64,000 nt of DNA from an uncultured Chitinophagales bacterium (GTDB taxonomy: Bacteria > Bacteroidota > Bacteroidia > Chitinophagales > UBA8649), in NCBI GenBank assembly GCA_964655225.1, contig CAZZMB010000005.1, positions 2,919 to 66,918 on the forward strand, read 5' to 3'. The notes below the pieces were generated by a model, which was not told where the DNA came from, searched no databases, and saw only the letters and a list, made by a program, of their open reading frames with translations. Made by a program: the position numbers and the translations under genes. Every line of letters begins with the position of its first letter. The stretch's first letter is position 1. This document shows positions 47,998 to 57,117 of this stretch, piece after piece.

Positions 47998-48834
47998 ATG
48001 ATCTCCCTATATAACAAGTTTGCAGAAAATAGCAGCAAAAATATAACTCATCTATATAGCACATCGTTCACTTTAGGCATCAAGATGCTGGATAAAAAGT
48101 TTCATAAACATATTTATAATGTCTATGGTTTAGTGCGCTTAGCTGATGAAATAGTGGATACTTTTCATGAACAAGATAAAAACAATTTACTAGACGAATT
48201 TGAAAAGGAGACCTTTGAAGCGGTTAAGAGAGGCTTAAGTACAAATCCTATTATACATGCTTATCAAATTACAGCCAAAAAATATAACATTGACAATAGT
48301 TTGTTAGATGCTTTTTTTAAGAGTATGAAGATGGATCTGCATCAGTTAGATTACAATGCTGAGAGTTATCGCGAGTATATATATGGTTCCGCAGAGGTAG
48401 TGGGTTTAATGTGTTTAAGGATTTTCACTAATGGTGATGATGATTTGTTTCAAAGCTTGAAAGGAGGCGCCAGAGCATTGGGTGCAGCTTTTCAAAAAGT
48501 AAATTTTCTTCGAGATATGCAAGAAGATTTTGAAGAGAGAGGTAGAACTTATTTTCCTGGCGTAGACTTTTTAAATTTTACGCAGGAGCAAAAGGTCATG
48601 ATAGAACAAGATATCTTAAATGATTTTAATGCTGCAAGATTGGCGATTCTATCCCTTCCGGAATCAAGTAGATCGGGTGTTTATTTAGCTTATAAATATT
48701 ATTTAAAATTATTTAAGAAGATTAGACGAGCTCCGGCAGAGGACATACTTAAACAAAGGTTTAGGGTGCCTGATATCGAAAAAATGTACGTACTCGCCAA
48801 TACCTACTGCAGAAGTGTTATCGGTGCTTTGTAA
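47998..48834 (+). CDS. crtB: phytoene synthase
   Basis: SFTLGIKML, YGLVRLADEIVD (first Asp-rich motif), FQKVNFLRDMQEDFEERGRTYFP (second Asp-rich motif), 278 aa. Confidence 0.9.
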   Translation: MISLYNKFAENSSKNITHLYSTSFTLGIKMLDKKFHKHIYNVYGLVRLADEIVDTFHEQDKNNLLDEFEKETFEAVKRGLSTNPIIHAYQITAKKYNIDNSLLDAFFKSMKMDLHQLDYNAESYREYIYGSAEVVGLMCLRIFTNGDDDLFQSLKGGARALGAAFQKVNFLRDMQEDFEERGRTYFPGVDFLNFTQEQKVMIEQDILNDFNAARLAILSLPESSRSGVYLAYKYYLKLFKKIRRAPAEDILKQRFRVPDIEKMYVLANTYCRSVIGAL

Positions 48835-49027
48835 GCAGGTTTGCTCAATTCATGCCCCGCTATAAATTATTGCGCTTACTTATCAGCTAATGATTCTAAA
48901 AAATCCTCGACTTGAGTAACATCTGCCACCTGTTTTAGTCTAAGGAATAAAGCCTTTTCAGCATAACTAATCAGTTATCGTTTAAAATGAATTAATTTTT
49001 GTTGCATTGTTTCAAACCGAAACGTTT

Positions 49028-49714
49028 TCACTTGGATTTGAAGTACTCGAAAGTCATGATGTTTAAGGATATCAGATTAAATGAATATGAAAAATCTTCG
49101 ATGGGGATAGTAAATATTCGAGCTCCTAAATTTTCAGCATCATTATACCATACGATGGGACTAGCTGTAAACATGCCTGTAAGAAATCCATTGACCAAGA
49201 TAAAGGGTAGCAAAGAAAGTAAAAATGCAAATATCAGGTAGACTAAATTATTAGGAGTTTTATAGCTGATATAAATAAGGATTAATGCGGTAAAACTAAA
49301 TGTTACGGTTGTGTAAAGCCGTTCGGTAAATACAAAAGCAAGCAAAGCAAAAACTAAGGCCAATACCAATAAGCCTCGATTAAGATACCTTGACGCTTTA
49401 ATCTTGAAATAACTTAAGGTCACTTCATAAATAAACAAACATGCAAATGGAATGATGAAGAAGAATCCACACTCTTCATAAGGTAAATTGAAAAATTCAG
49501 GCTTTAAATGATACTTTTCACTGAACCCCCATACTCCTAGGCGGGTATATAAAATATCTCCTACAATAAACAAGGAAGCCACTAGCGGTATACTTTTTAC
49601 CAAGGAGGGAAAGTATTGTTTGAAATTGACTTTTTTATCAAAACTCAATATCAAAGGAAAGAATATACTACCCACCAAAGCTAATAAATAATAATAATGA
49701 CTATCTATATTCAT
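49028..49714 (-). CDS. crtY: fused heterodimeric-type lycopene cyclase (CrtYc-CrtYd fusion)
   Basis: The 228-aa polytopic protein has two homologous halves. Each carries the P-x-E-(E/D) motif of lycopene-cyclase-domain proteins (LPYEECGFFF and IPIEDFSYSF). Confidence 0.7.
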   Translation of the reverse strand: MNIDSHYYYLLALVGSIFFPLILSFDKKVNFKQYFPSLVKSIPLVASLFIVGDILYTRLGVWGFSEKYHLKPEFFNLPYEECGFFFIIPFACLFIYEVTLSYFKIKASRYLNRGLLVLALVFALLAFVFTERLYTTVTFSFTALILIYISYKTPNNLVYLIFAFLLSLLPFILVNGFLTGMFTASPIVWYNDAENLGARIFTIPIEDFSYSFNLISLNIMTFEYFKSK

Positions 49715-51201
49715 GCCAATAATCCTTTAGTGGGTACCTGCACCAATCCCTTTTTTTGAACACCTTCATTTTCAAGTATGTGGTTGGCTGCGAGCACTCC
49801 TGATACATAAGCTCCTTCCATTAACATCGCACAATTATCCATTTTTACCCAGTCACCTGCATAAAACAACCCTGGAACTTCTGTTTCAACAGTCGGCCGT
49901 TCTTTATATAGACCGGTATGGAAGGCAGAGAAATCATTTCTGAACTGATAGTATTCATGCACAATCTTAACTCCCTTAAGTTCAGGGAAGTAGTGATACA
50001 TTTCATTGATTAACTCTTTTCGACAAGTCTCTTTGTCCATTCCCTCAGGAACAGCATAACTGTGTAATTCGAAGATTCCGCCCTTATTTTTTTCACTCCA
50101 AGCTGTCGATTCTTTTTCCATCTTATGGTAGAGGGTTACGCTATCCAGACATTTTAATCTATCCGTAAAAATGAAGAATGGTAGGCTTTGATCCGCCTCA
50201 AATTTATCTGTCCACAAGCGGATTACTGCATAATGACCAGAATTATTCAAGCCAGCAGCTTGACGGTTTAATGTATCATAAGACTCAAGTCCTACAGAGT
50301 TTCCTATAATATGCTTTGTAGCATTAACATCTGTTGCCATGATACAATAATCGTACTCTTGCCCCATTAATTCAAACTTTGAATCCTTGTATGATACTTT
50401 ATCAATGCCCTGGTTCAAATGTATTCTTACCCCTTGGTCCTTCATAAAAGTGATGCAATAATCGATGAAGCTAGTTTGGAAATCACTGTCTAACACGTCA
50501 TAAATTAAGCCTTTATCGTTACTGAGAAAATAGAAGTGAAAACCCTTGATTAATTCGGCCATTGACATGTTTTCGGGTTCTGCAAAAAATGCACGAGCAA
50601 AAGAGTTAAATACCAAGCGCATTTTCTTAGGCATAAATGTTCGTTTTGCAAATTGTGCAAAATTTTCTTCATCAAACTTTTTAAAAGTGGTGTTAAAATC
50701 AAATTGAAGTAAACCTAAGAAGGGCATACTAAATGGACTGATAAGGGTTAGCCAGTTAAAAACTCCATATTTTTTTAAATCAAGTACATTGAGTCCTGGC
50801 GTAGTCTCTACATCTTTGAATCCTTGTTTTTGGTTGTTTTCAAAAAGTAAAACATAGTCATCAATTGGAATAAGATGCTTGTGTGCTCCAATTTGTTTTA
50901 AGAATTCCAATAAATTAAAATACTGCCGGAAGAATGCATGAAATCCGTGCTCGGTTCGAAGGATTTCCCCATTGGATTCAAACTCCCATGAACCAACTTT
51001 ACCTCCAAGGAAATGGGCTTTTTCAAACAGGTGCACATCAAAGCCTTTTTCTGCTAAGGCTGAAGCACTTGCAATACCCGCAATTCCTCCTCCGATAATG
51101 GCTACCTTCTTTGGCTTGGTCAATTTCTCTGCTTTTGAGAAATCTACAGTGCTTAGAGGTACTTTATAGTTTTGTAATCTTTTTTTAATCCAATTTCTCA
51201 T
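49711..51201 (-). CDS. FAD-dependent amine-oxidase-fold enzyme, PDS/ZDS/CrtU-like (candidate carotene ring desaturase/methyltransferase)
   Basis: VAIIGGGIAGIASASALAEKGFDVHLFEKAHFLGGKV dinucleotide fold. EHGFHAFFRQYFNLLEFLKQIG resembles the plant-type PDS block (GLHIFFGAYPN...ELG). The C-terminal FYAGDWVK...MLMEGAYVSGVLAA resembles the PDS/ZDS end. ATGA overlap with the cyclase gene. The specific function is an inference. Confidence 0.5.
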   Translation of the reverse strand: MRNWIKKRLQNYKVPLSTVDFSKAEKLTKPKKVAIIGGGIAGIASASALAEKGFDVHLFEKAHFLGGKVGSWEFESNGEILRTEHGFHAFFRQYFNLLEFLKQIGAHKHLIPIDDYVLLFENNQKQGFKDVETTPGLNVLDLKKYGVFNWLTLISPFSMPFLGLLQFDFNTTFKKFDEENFAQFAKRTFMPKKMRLVFNSFARAFFAEPENMSMAELIKGFHFYFLSNDKGLIYDVLDSDFQTSFIDYCITFMKDQGVRIHLNQGIDKVSYKDSKFELMGQEYDYCIMATDVNATKHIIGNSVGLESYDTLNRQAAGLNNSGHYAVIRLWTDKFEADQSLPFFIFTDRLKCLDSVTLYHKMEKESTAWSEKNKGGIFELHSYAVPEGMDKETCRKELINEMYHYFPELKGVKIVHEYYQFRNDFSAFHTGLYKERPTVETEVPGLFYAGDWVKMDNCAMLMEGAYVSGVLAANHILENEGVQKKGLVQVPTKGLLA

Positions 51202-52198
51202 TGCTTCTATTGAAGTTTTTGTTCCACAACTGCATAAAGCTGATTGTGGGTTCGTCTCCTTTTATAATTAAATCAGTTAATTTTTCTTTGTCATGCCAGT
51301 GCCTGTTGCTTTCTAGAAAAACAATATCTTCTTCAACAATCTGATCACTTTTTCTTTTCATAAACCACTTTGCAAAGGGAGGGTTAAATCGAAAAATATT
51401 TTTCCAGGCTGTAATTTGAATCATCATCAGCTCATTTTCATCAATCTCATAAAAATGCTCATAAATGACTAGTCGTCTTGCTGGGAAATGAAGATGTTTT
51501 GGAAAATAAGAGTCTAGCATACTACTGTGGGGGTACCAGAATGCAAATTTAGTCTGAATATGTTTCTCCCAACCAAAATATATTTGTTCGAACAAATTAC
51601 TGTTGTTTATGCGCTGATAACTGCCATGCAGGCTTTTGTCCTTTATATCTATACTATATTCTGTTTTTGGTTCCCTCAATTTACCCAGTAAGGTATTAAT
51701 ACTGTGCTTATGCACATGATTGATATGTTGGGCGTCAAACAAACTTTCAGCGACCAGCTTAATATTAGCTTTAAGGGTGTGCCGGTTAAAGACATATGGG
51801 TAGTTGTCTAATTCAGGCATTTCGGGTAAAATAGCTTCCTGCATTTTACTCTCTTCACCAAAATAGACCCAGTAAGCCTTGTACTTATATTGTATGGGGT
51901 AAGCCTTTACACAAGCAGAGCTTGGTATGCTTTGATCATCCTCCAACATAGGAATATGCACGCAGGCACCAGAAGAGTTAAATTCCCAGCCATGGTAACC
52001 GCATTTTAGCTTACCCTCATGAACTTCACCATTTGAAAGGTGAACGTTTCGATGACAGCATCGATCTTCAAGCGCAGAAACCTTTCCTTCTGTATTCTTA
52101 AAAAGAACAATTTCTTCTCCTACTATTTTACGTTTAAGCAGCTTATTTCCTTTTAACTCCCTATCGAAGCAGGCGATATACCATTGATTTTTAATCAT
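51185..52198 (-). CDS. Rieske [2Fe-2S] non-heme-iron oxygenase (PaO/Tic55/KshA-like alpha subunit)
   Basis: Rieske motif CCH-x16-CGYH and mononuclear iron motif DAQHINHVH (D-x2-H-x4-H). It overlaps the downstream flavoprotein gene by 17 nt. Confidence 0.85.
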   Translation of the reverse strand: MIKNQWYIACFDRELKGNKLLKRKIVGEEIVLFKNTEGKVSALEDRCCHRNVHLSNGEVHEGKLKCGYHGWEFNSSGACVHIPMLEDDQSIPSSACVKAYPIQYKYKAYWVYFGEESKMQEAILPEMPELDNYPYVFNRHTLKANIKLVAESLFDAQHINHVHKHSINTLLGKLREPKTEYSIDIKDKSLHGSYQRINNSNLFEQIYFGWEKHIQTKFAFWYPHSSMLDSYFPKHLHFPARRLVIYEHFYEIDENELMMIQITAWKNIFRFNPPFAKWFMKRKSDQIVEEDIVFLESNRHWHDKEKLTDLIIKGDEPTISFMQLWNKNFNRSNEKLD

Positions 52199-52352
52199 TT
52201 CTATTAATTAACAAATCTGTCAATAAATTGTTGATTTACAGTTTAATTTCTAATCCCAAGTCGCAGGGAAATAAACAAGTCTGTTCTGGGGTTTTTAATC
52301 CCCCGGAGCATTCAAGTTCTTACTTTTGTATTTAAATTTTTGATACTCTATT

Positions 52353-53135
52353 CTAATCCGCAGTGAATTGGCTTGCCTCAAGTTCTTCATCAAGAATATT
52401 CTCTATATGCACTAAACTTTCATACAATTGCTCATAGCTGTCAATAACAAAGTATTGTTTTTGAAAATCATGCTTGTAGAAAGGGGTTTGCACGATATGG
52501 CGGACATCATAAGGGTGTCTTGGAACATCTTTGTCATGCACTGCAAAATCAGATTCTCCAATTGAAGATAATATTCCAGCTCCGTATATTTTTATCTGCT
52601 CTTCTTCATTGATTAGGCCAAACTCAACAGTGAACCAATATAATCTGCTGATCATTTCAACCGCTTGAGGATTTTCAATATGCTTTAGAGCAATTTTAGC
52701 TAAACCTTGAACAAAATCAACGAAACTTTGAATACTCAAAAGGGGAACATGAGCAAAAACATCATGAAACATGTCGGGCTCTTCCAAATACTCTAACTCA
52801 TTCTTTTTCCTTATCCACGTTGTAACCGGAAATCGTCTATTCGCTAAATATTGAAAAAAAGGTTTGTCTGCGATCAAACCAGGCACTACGAAAGTCCTCC
52901 AACCTGTAGCTGCTATTAGGTTTTGATTGACCGTTTTTATTTGAGGAATTTTATTACTTTCAAATCCACATAATTTTAGTCCTTTAAAAAAATCCTTGGT
53001 GGCATTTTCTTTAAGTTCAACCATTTGCCGTGAATAAAGAGTATTCCAAACTTCATGATCATCGGCTGAATATTTATCATATTCTTGAATCAATTTGTTT
53101 GCAGGCAGATCATAGGGTTTTTTATTCTCTAACAT
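52353..53135 (-). CDS. phhA: phenylalanine 4-monooxygenase (bacterial aromatic amino acid hydroxylase)
   Basis: EEPDMFHDVFAHVPLL (iron His pair), YWFTVEFGL (iron Glu), 260 aa. Confidence 0.9.
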   Translation of the reverse strand: MLENKKPYDLPANKLIQEYDKYSADDHEVWNTLYSRQMVELKENATKDFFKGLKLCGFESNKIPQIKTVNQNLIAATGWRTFVVPGLIADKPFFQYLANRRFPVTTWIRKKNELEYLEEPDMFHDVFAHVPLLSIQSFVDFVQGLAKIALKHIENPQAVEMISRLYWFTVEFGLINEEEQIKIYGAGILSSIGESDFAVHDKDVPRHPYDVRHIVQTPFYKHDFQKQYFVIDSYEQLYESLVHIENILDEELEASQFTAD

Positions 53136-53183
53136 AGTTTAAAAGAATTTGAATGGTTGAGTAAAGATACAAAATCCTAAAAA

Positions 53184-54437
53184 CTAAGACTCATTCTCTA
53201 GGATAAAATTTCTGAGCATATTTAGGGCGATTTGAGCGCTAATTTTTATATTATATTCCCGTTGATTAGTCAGTGAAAAACATTTGGCTTTAACTTCGTT
53301 TTTATTGCCTACTGCAATCCATACCGTTCCTACTGGTTTATCGGGTGTACCACCTCCAGGTCCAGCTATTCCGCTTACTGCAATACCATAATCAGTACCT
53401 ATTTTCCTAAGGAGACCACGGGCCATCTCTTGAATAGTTTCTTCACTTACAGCTCCGAAGGTATGCAGGGTTTCTTTGTTAACGCCCAACAATCTTTCTT
53501 TAAAGTCATAACTGTAGGCTGTGATTGCACCTTCAAAATATGCGGAACTTCCGGGTATGGCAGTAATTAAATGTGAGATATATCCTCCTGTGCAACTTTC
53601 GGCAGTTGAAAGTGTCATTTTCTTTTTAAGCAATAAATCACCGATACATTTAGCTAAAGATTCATTTTCATTAAAGCTATATACATGTTGAGCTATTCGT
53701 TGACTAATTTTAGATTGTATTGCGCTTAAATTAGCTACAGCATCTGATGAATCTCCGTTAACCATTGCGGTCAGTCGAAGTTTTACATTCCCCAAATTGG
53801 GAAGATAAGCTAAAGTAGTTCCCAGAGGTAAGCTTGCTTCTATATCCTCAATTTTCTCATAGATAGCACTTTCTCCGATCCCTGCACTCATAATATACTT
53901 ATTAATTATTGTAGGGAGATTTTTTTCAGAAACAATTTGAGGGAGCACATAATTACTCAACATATAGCGCATTTCATTGGGAACTCCTGGCATGGATATG
54001 TAAGTTTTATCATGATGCACAAACATCATTCCCATAGCAGTGCCTTTGTCATTCGGTATCAATTCTGCACCGGAGGGTATCATTGCTAATTTTCGATTAA
54101 GTTCAACTTGCTTATTGCCACGTTTTTTGAAATAAGATTCTATTTTTTTAAAAACACTTGCATTGAAGCATAATTCAGTTTTAAAAAAGTTAGCCAAAGC
54201 TTGTTTGGTGATATCATCCTTAGTTGGTCCTAATCCACCCGTAATAAAAATTATTTCTGCATTCTTCCCTGCAATTTGTAGTCCTTCATAAATACCATTG
54301 TAGGAGTCAGCGATTGAGAAGATGCCAGCTACTGCTATACCATTTGCAGCACTTTCTTTAGCGATGTATGCACTGTTAGTATCTACTGTAGAGCCATTAA
54401 GTATTTCATCACCAATGGTTAATATACTTGCTTTCAT
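53184..54437 (-). CDS. cinA: CinA-family competence/damage-inducible protein (MoCF-binding domain plus NMN amidohydrolase PncC domain)
   Basis: N-terminal ILTIGDEILNG...TGGLGPTKDD and C-terminal ESCTGG...GIAGPGGG motifs. Confidence 0.9.
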   Translation of the reverse strand: MKASILTIGDEILNGSTVDTNSAYIAKESAANGIAVAGIFSIADSYNGIYEGLQIAGKNAEIIFITGGLGPTKDDITKQALANFFKTELCFNASVFKKIESYFKKRGNKQVELNRKLAMIPSGAELIPNDKGTAMGMMFVHHDKTYISMPGVPNEMRYMLSNYVLPQIVSEKNLPTIINKYIMSAGIGESAIYEKIEDIEASLPLGTTLAYLPNLGNVKLRLTAMVNGDSSDAVANLSAIQSKISQRIAQHVYSFNENESLAKCIGDLLLKKKMTLSTAESCTGGYISHLITAIPGSSAYFEGAITAYSYDFKERLLGVNKETLHTFGAVSEETIQEMARGLLRKIGTDYGIAVSGIAGPGGGTPDKPVGTVWIAVGNKNEVKAKCFSLTNQREYNIKISAQIALNMLRNFILENES

Positions 54438-54526
54438 TTTGTTTTTGTCTTTGTTTTATAAGCCATTACAACTAAAGTTGTAAATTTGGCAAAGTATTTG
54501 ACAAACTTAACTTAAAATAAGTAACT

Positions 54527-55264
54527 ATGTTTAAAAAAATTCTCCCCTTGCTCTTAGTTTTTGCCGTTGTTGGCAGTGGTTGTGAGGCCGCTAAAAATAT
54601 TTTACAACAAACTGGATCTGTCTTAGTGGGCGATGACAGCTATGTTCCAACTTCTGGTGAAGCAGGAAACGGATTAAAACAGGCCTTGGAAATTGGTATT
54701 GCTGCCGGATCTAATCGCTTGGCTGAAAGAGATGGTTATTTCGGTAATACCTTAGTCAAAGTATTGTTTCCTCCAGAAGCGCAAAAAGTTGAGGAGACCA
54801 TGCGTAAATTGGGTCTTGGATCCATGGTGGACAAGGCGATTGAATCTTTTAACCGAGGAGCTGAAAAAGCTGCTAAAGAAGCTGCTCCAATTTTTGTTAC
54901 GGCTATAAAGTCAATGACAATTAGTGACGCCATGGGTATTTTGCTAGGCGATCAAGATGCAGCTACATCCTACCTTAAATCTTCAACTTTACAACAGCTA
55001 AATACCCGGTTTACACCTATAATTGATAGAAGTCTTAACGAGGTTAATGCCACAAAATATTGGAAAGAGGTAATAGTACGGTACAATAAAATTCCTTTGG
55101 TAAAAAAAGTGAATCCTGATTTAACCGCTTATGTTACGGAGAAAGCACTGGATGGTTTGTTTTTAATGGTGGCTAAAGAAGAATTAAAAATCCGAGAAAA
55201 CGTTTCATCAAGATCGACTGAATTACTTCAAAAAGTTTTTGCTTATGCAGATGCTCAAAAGTAG
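54527..55264 (+). CDS. DUF4197-like lipoprotein
   Basis: Signal peptide and lipobox (VVGSGC). The GLKQALEIGI...GYFGN...VLFPPEA pattern matches what I recall of DUF4197. Confidence 0.55.
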   Translation: MFKKILPLLLVFAVVGSGCEAAKNILQQTGSVLVGDDSYVPTSGEAGNGLKQALEIGIAAGSNRLAERDGYFGNTLVKVLFPPEAQKVEETMRKLGLGSMVDKAIESFNRGAEKAAKEAAPIFVTAIKSMTISDAMGILLGDQDAATSYLKSSTLQQLNTRFTPIIDRSLNEVNATKYWKEVIVRYNKIPLVKKVNPDLTAYVTEKALDGLFLMVAKEELKIRENVSSRSTELLQKVFAYADAQK

Positions 55265-55294
55265 AAAATAAGTCTCTTTGAGCTTAGAATGAAT

Positions 55295-55320
55295 GGGGGG
55301 GGGCTAGTCCTCCCTTTTTC
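55295..55320 (+). terminator. intrinsic terminator containing a G9 tract
   Basis: GGGGGG (within the 55295-55303 G run) can pair with CCTCCC (55309-55314, one G-U pair), with loop CTAGT. A T5 run follows at 55315-55319. Confidence 0.55.
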
Positions 55321-55350
55321 TTTTTGAATAAATGTCGTTAAATTTGTGAT

Positions 55351-57117
55351 ATGGAAGAGCAAAAGCAAGAGCCTCAGCAAGATCAAAAAAATCAGGTAGA
55401 GCAGGTGCAAGAAAAACCAGAAGAAGCGCTGTTAAGTAAAGATGCAATTATTGAACGGTTTGAGGTTTTGGTTAAATCGGAAGATTTTATGAAGCATCCA
55501 TCCACGGTTAAAGAATGGAAAGGACGTTTTCATCAGATAAGCAAAGCGGAGGAGGCTGCTCAACTTAAGGCACATAATGAAAAAGAGGAAAAGGATGAAG
55601 CGGAGATCTTTGTGCCGCAGATCCATCCATTAGATAATCGGTGGAAAGAGTTGCTTAATATCTATAATGATAAAGTAGTTTCTCATAACCAAGCGAGGGT
55701 AGATGCCGAAAAACAGAATCTAAAAGATAAAGAAGATCTTTTGGAAGCGTTGAAACTATTGGTCGAAGAAGAGATGAAAAATGTAGGTTCTGCATTTTCT
55801 TCTTTTTATTCTATACAAGATCGATGGAATGAGATAGGAGAAGTCAATAAATCAAAGTTCAAGCAACTGCAATATGACTACAGTCATTTTAGAGATTTGT
55901 TTTATTATAACGTGGGAATTCATGACCAACTAAAGAATTATGATTTCAAAAAAAATGCGACACAAAAGCAAGAGATAATTAAGGAGCTCAAAAGTTTAGC
56001 TAGCCAAGATAATATTCGAAAAATGGAGAAAGGCATTAAGGATATGCAGGCTAAGTGGGATGGAATAGGTCCAACCTCCAATGAAGTTTGGGAAGGATTG
56101 AAGAATGATTATTGGGAGACAGTTAATGCAATCTATGATAAGATAAGGGACCATTATAAGGCCATGCGCGAAGCTCAAGCAAAGGTTTTAGAAGAGAAAA
56201 ATGCGCTGGTTCTGAAAATGGAAGAGATCATTGAAAAATCTGAGACATTTAGCTCGCCAAAGGAATGGATTCAGTCGAGCAAATCAGTAAACGATTTGCA
56301 TAAAGAATGGAAAGCTGTAGGTTATGCTGCTCGATCGAAAGAAGAGGGGTTATGGTCTCGATTTAAGGAGATGTCTGATGATCTTCGTAAACGTCAAAAT
56401 TTATTTTTTGATGAGCTTAAAGCGTCAAGTAATCAGATAGTAGCCGCTAAAAATAAGTTGATAGAAAAAGCTAAGGAGCTCAAAGTTTCAAAGGAATGGA
56501 AGAATACTTCAGAAGCCTTAATTAAATTGCAAAAGGATTGGAAGAATCTTGGACATGTTCAGTACAAACTCGATCAAAAGTTGTGGAACGAGTTTCGGAG
56601 TTCTTGTGATGATTTCTTTAATTCTAAAAAAGAGTATTTCGACACGCTGGACGAGCGACAAGCAGACCACTTTAAGCAGAAGCAAGGCATTTCCGTTAAA
56701 ATTGCAAAAAGCAAGACAGAAGAAGAACTTAGAGGCTTGATAATTGACTGGCAAACAATCGACTATGTGCCCAAGGATAAAGTTGCTAAGGCAGATTCAA
56801 GCTTTAATGATTCCATAAAAAAAGCGGCAAAAACCTTGAAAATTGACGAAGATTCGTTGACGAAACTTCGTTTTGAAGCTAAAATTTCTGCTATAAAATC
56901 AGGTGAAAATTCTGAAGTTAAAATGAAAACTGAACGTCATTTTATCCAAACACAAATTGAAAAAGTACAAGAAGAGTTAATTCGATTTGAAGAGAACATG
57001 TCCTTTTTTGGACCGTCTAAAGGAGCTCAAAAACTTAAAGAAATTGTTGAGAAAAGGGTAGTAGAGGGAGAGGATAAGATCGCTGAATGGAAAGATCAAT
57101 TAAAAATGTTACGCTAA
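55351..57117 (+). CDS. DUF349 repeat protein
   Basis: It has multiple roughly 70-aa helical repeats with recurring W-x2-(I/V)G and W..F motifs (RWNEIGEV, KWDGIGPT, EWKAVGYA, DWKNLGHV) and is highly charged. Confidence 0.7.
   Translation: MEEQKQEPQQDQKNQVEQVQEKPEEALLSKDAIIERFEVLVKSEDFMKHPSTVKEWKGRFHQISKAEEAAQLKAHNEKEEKDEAEIFVPQIHPLDNRWKELLNIYNDKVVSHNQARVDAEKQNLKDKEDLLEALKLLVEEEMKNVGSAFSSFYSIQDRWNEIGEVNKSKFKQLQYDYSHFRDLFYYNVGIHDQLKNYDFKKNATQKQEIIKELKSLASQDNIRKMEKGIKDMQAKWDGIGPTSNEVWEGLKNDYWETVNAIYDKIRDHYKAMREAQAKVLEEKNALVLKMEEIIEKSETFSSPKEWIQSSKSVNDLHKEWKAVGYAARSKEEGLWSRFKEMSDDLRKRQNLFFDELKASSNQIVAAKNKLIEKAKELKVSKEWKNTSEALIKLQKDWKNLGHVQYKLDQKLWNEFRSSCDDFFNSKKEYFDTLDERQADHFKQKQGISVKIAKSKTEEELRGLIIDWQTIDYVPKDKVAKADSSFNDSIKKAAKTLKIDEDSLTKLRFEAKISAIKSGENSEVKMKTERHFIQTQIEKVQEELIRFEENMSFFGPSKGAQKLKEIVEKRVVEGEDKIAEWKDQLKMLR

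Noticed and set aside
52321-52328. Perfect TAnnTTTG box (TACTTTTG) on the plus strand between the Rieske operon and phhA
   Set aside because: No plus-strand gene lies downstream, so it would only drive antisense transcription into phhA. A single 8-mer match in AT-rich DNA is not enough evidence.
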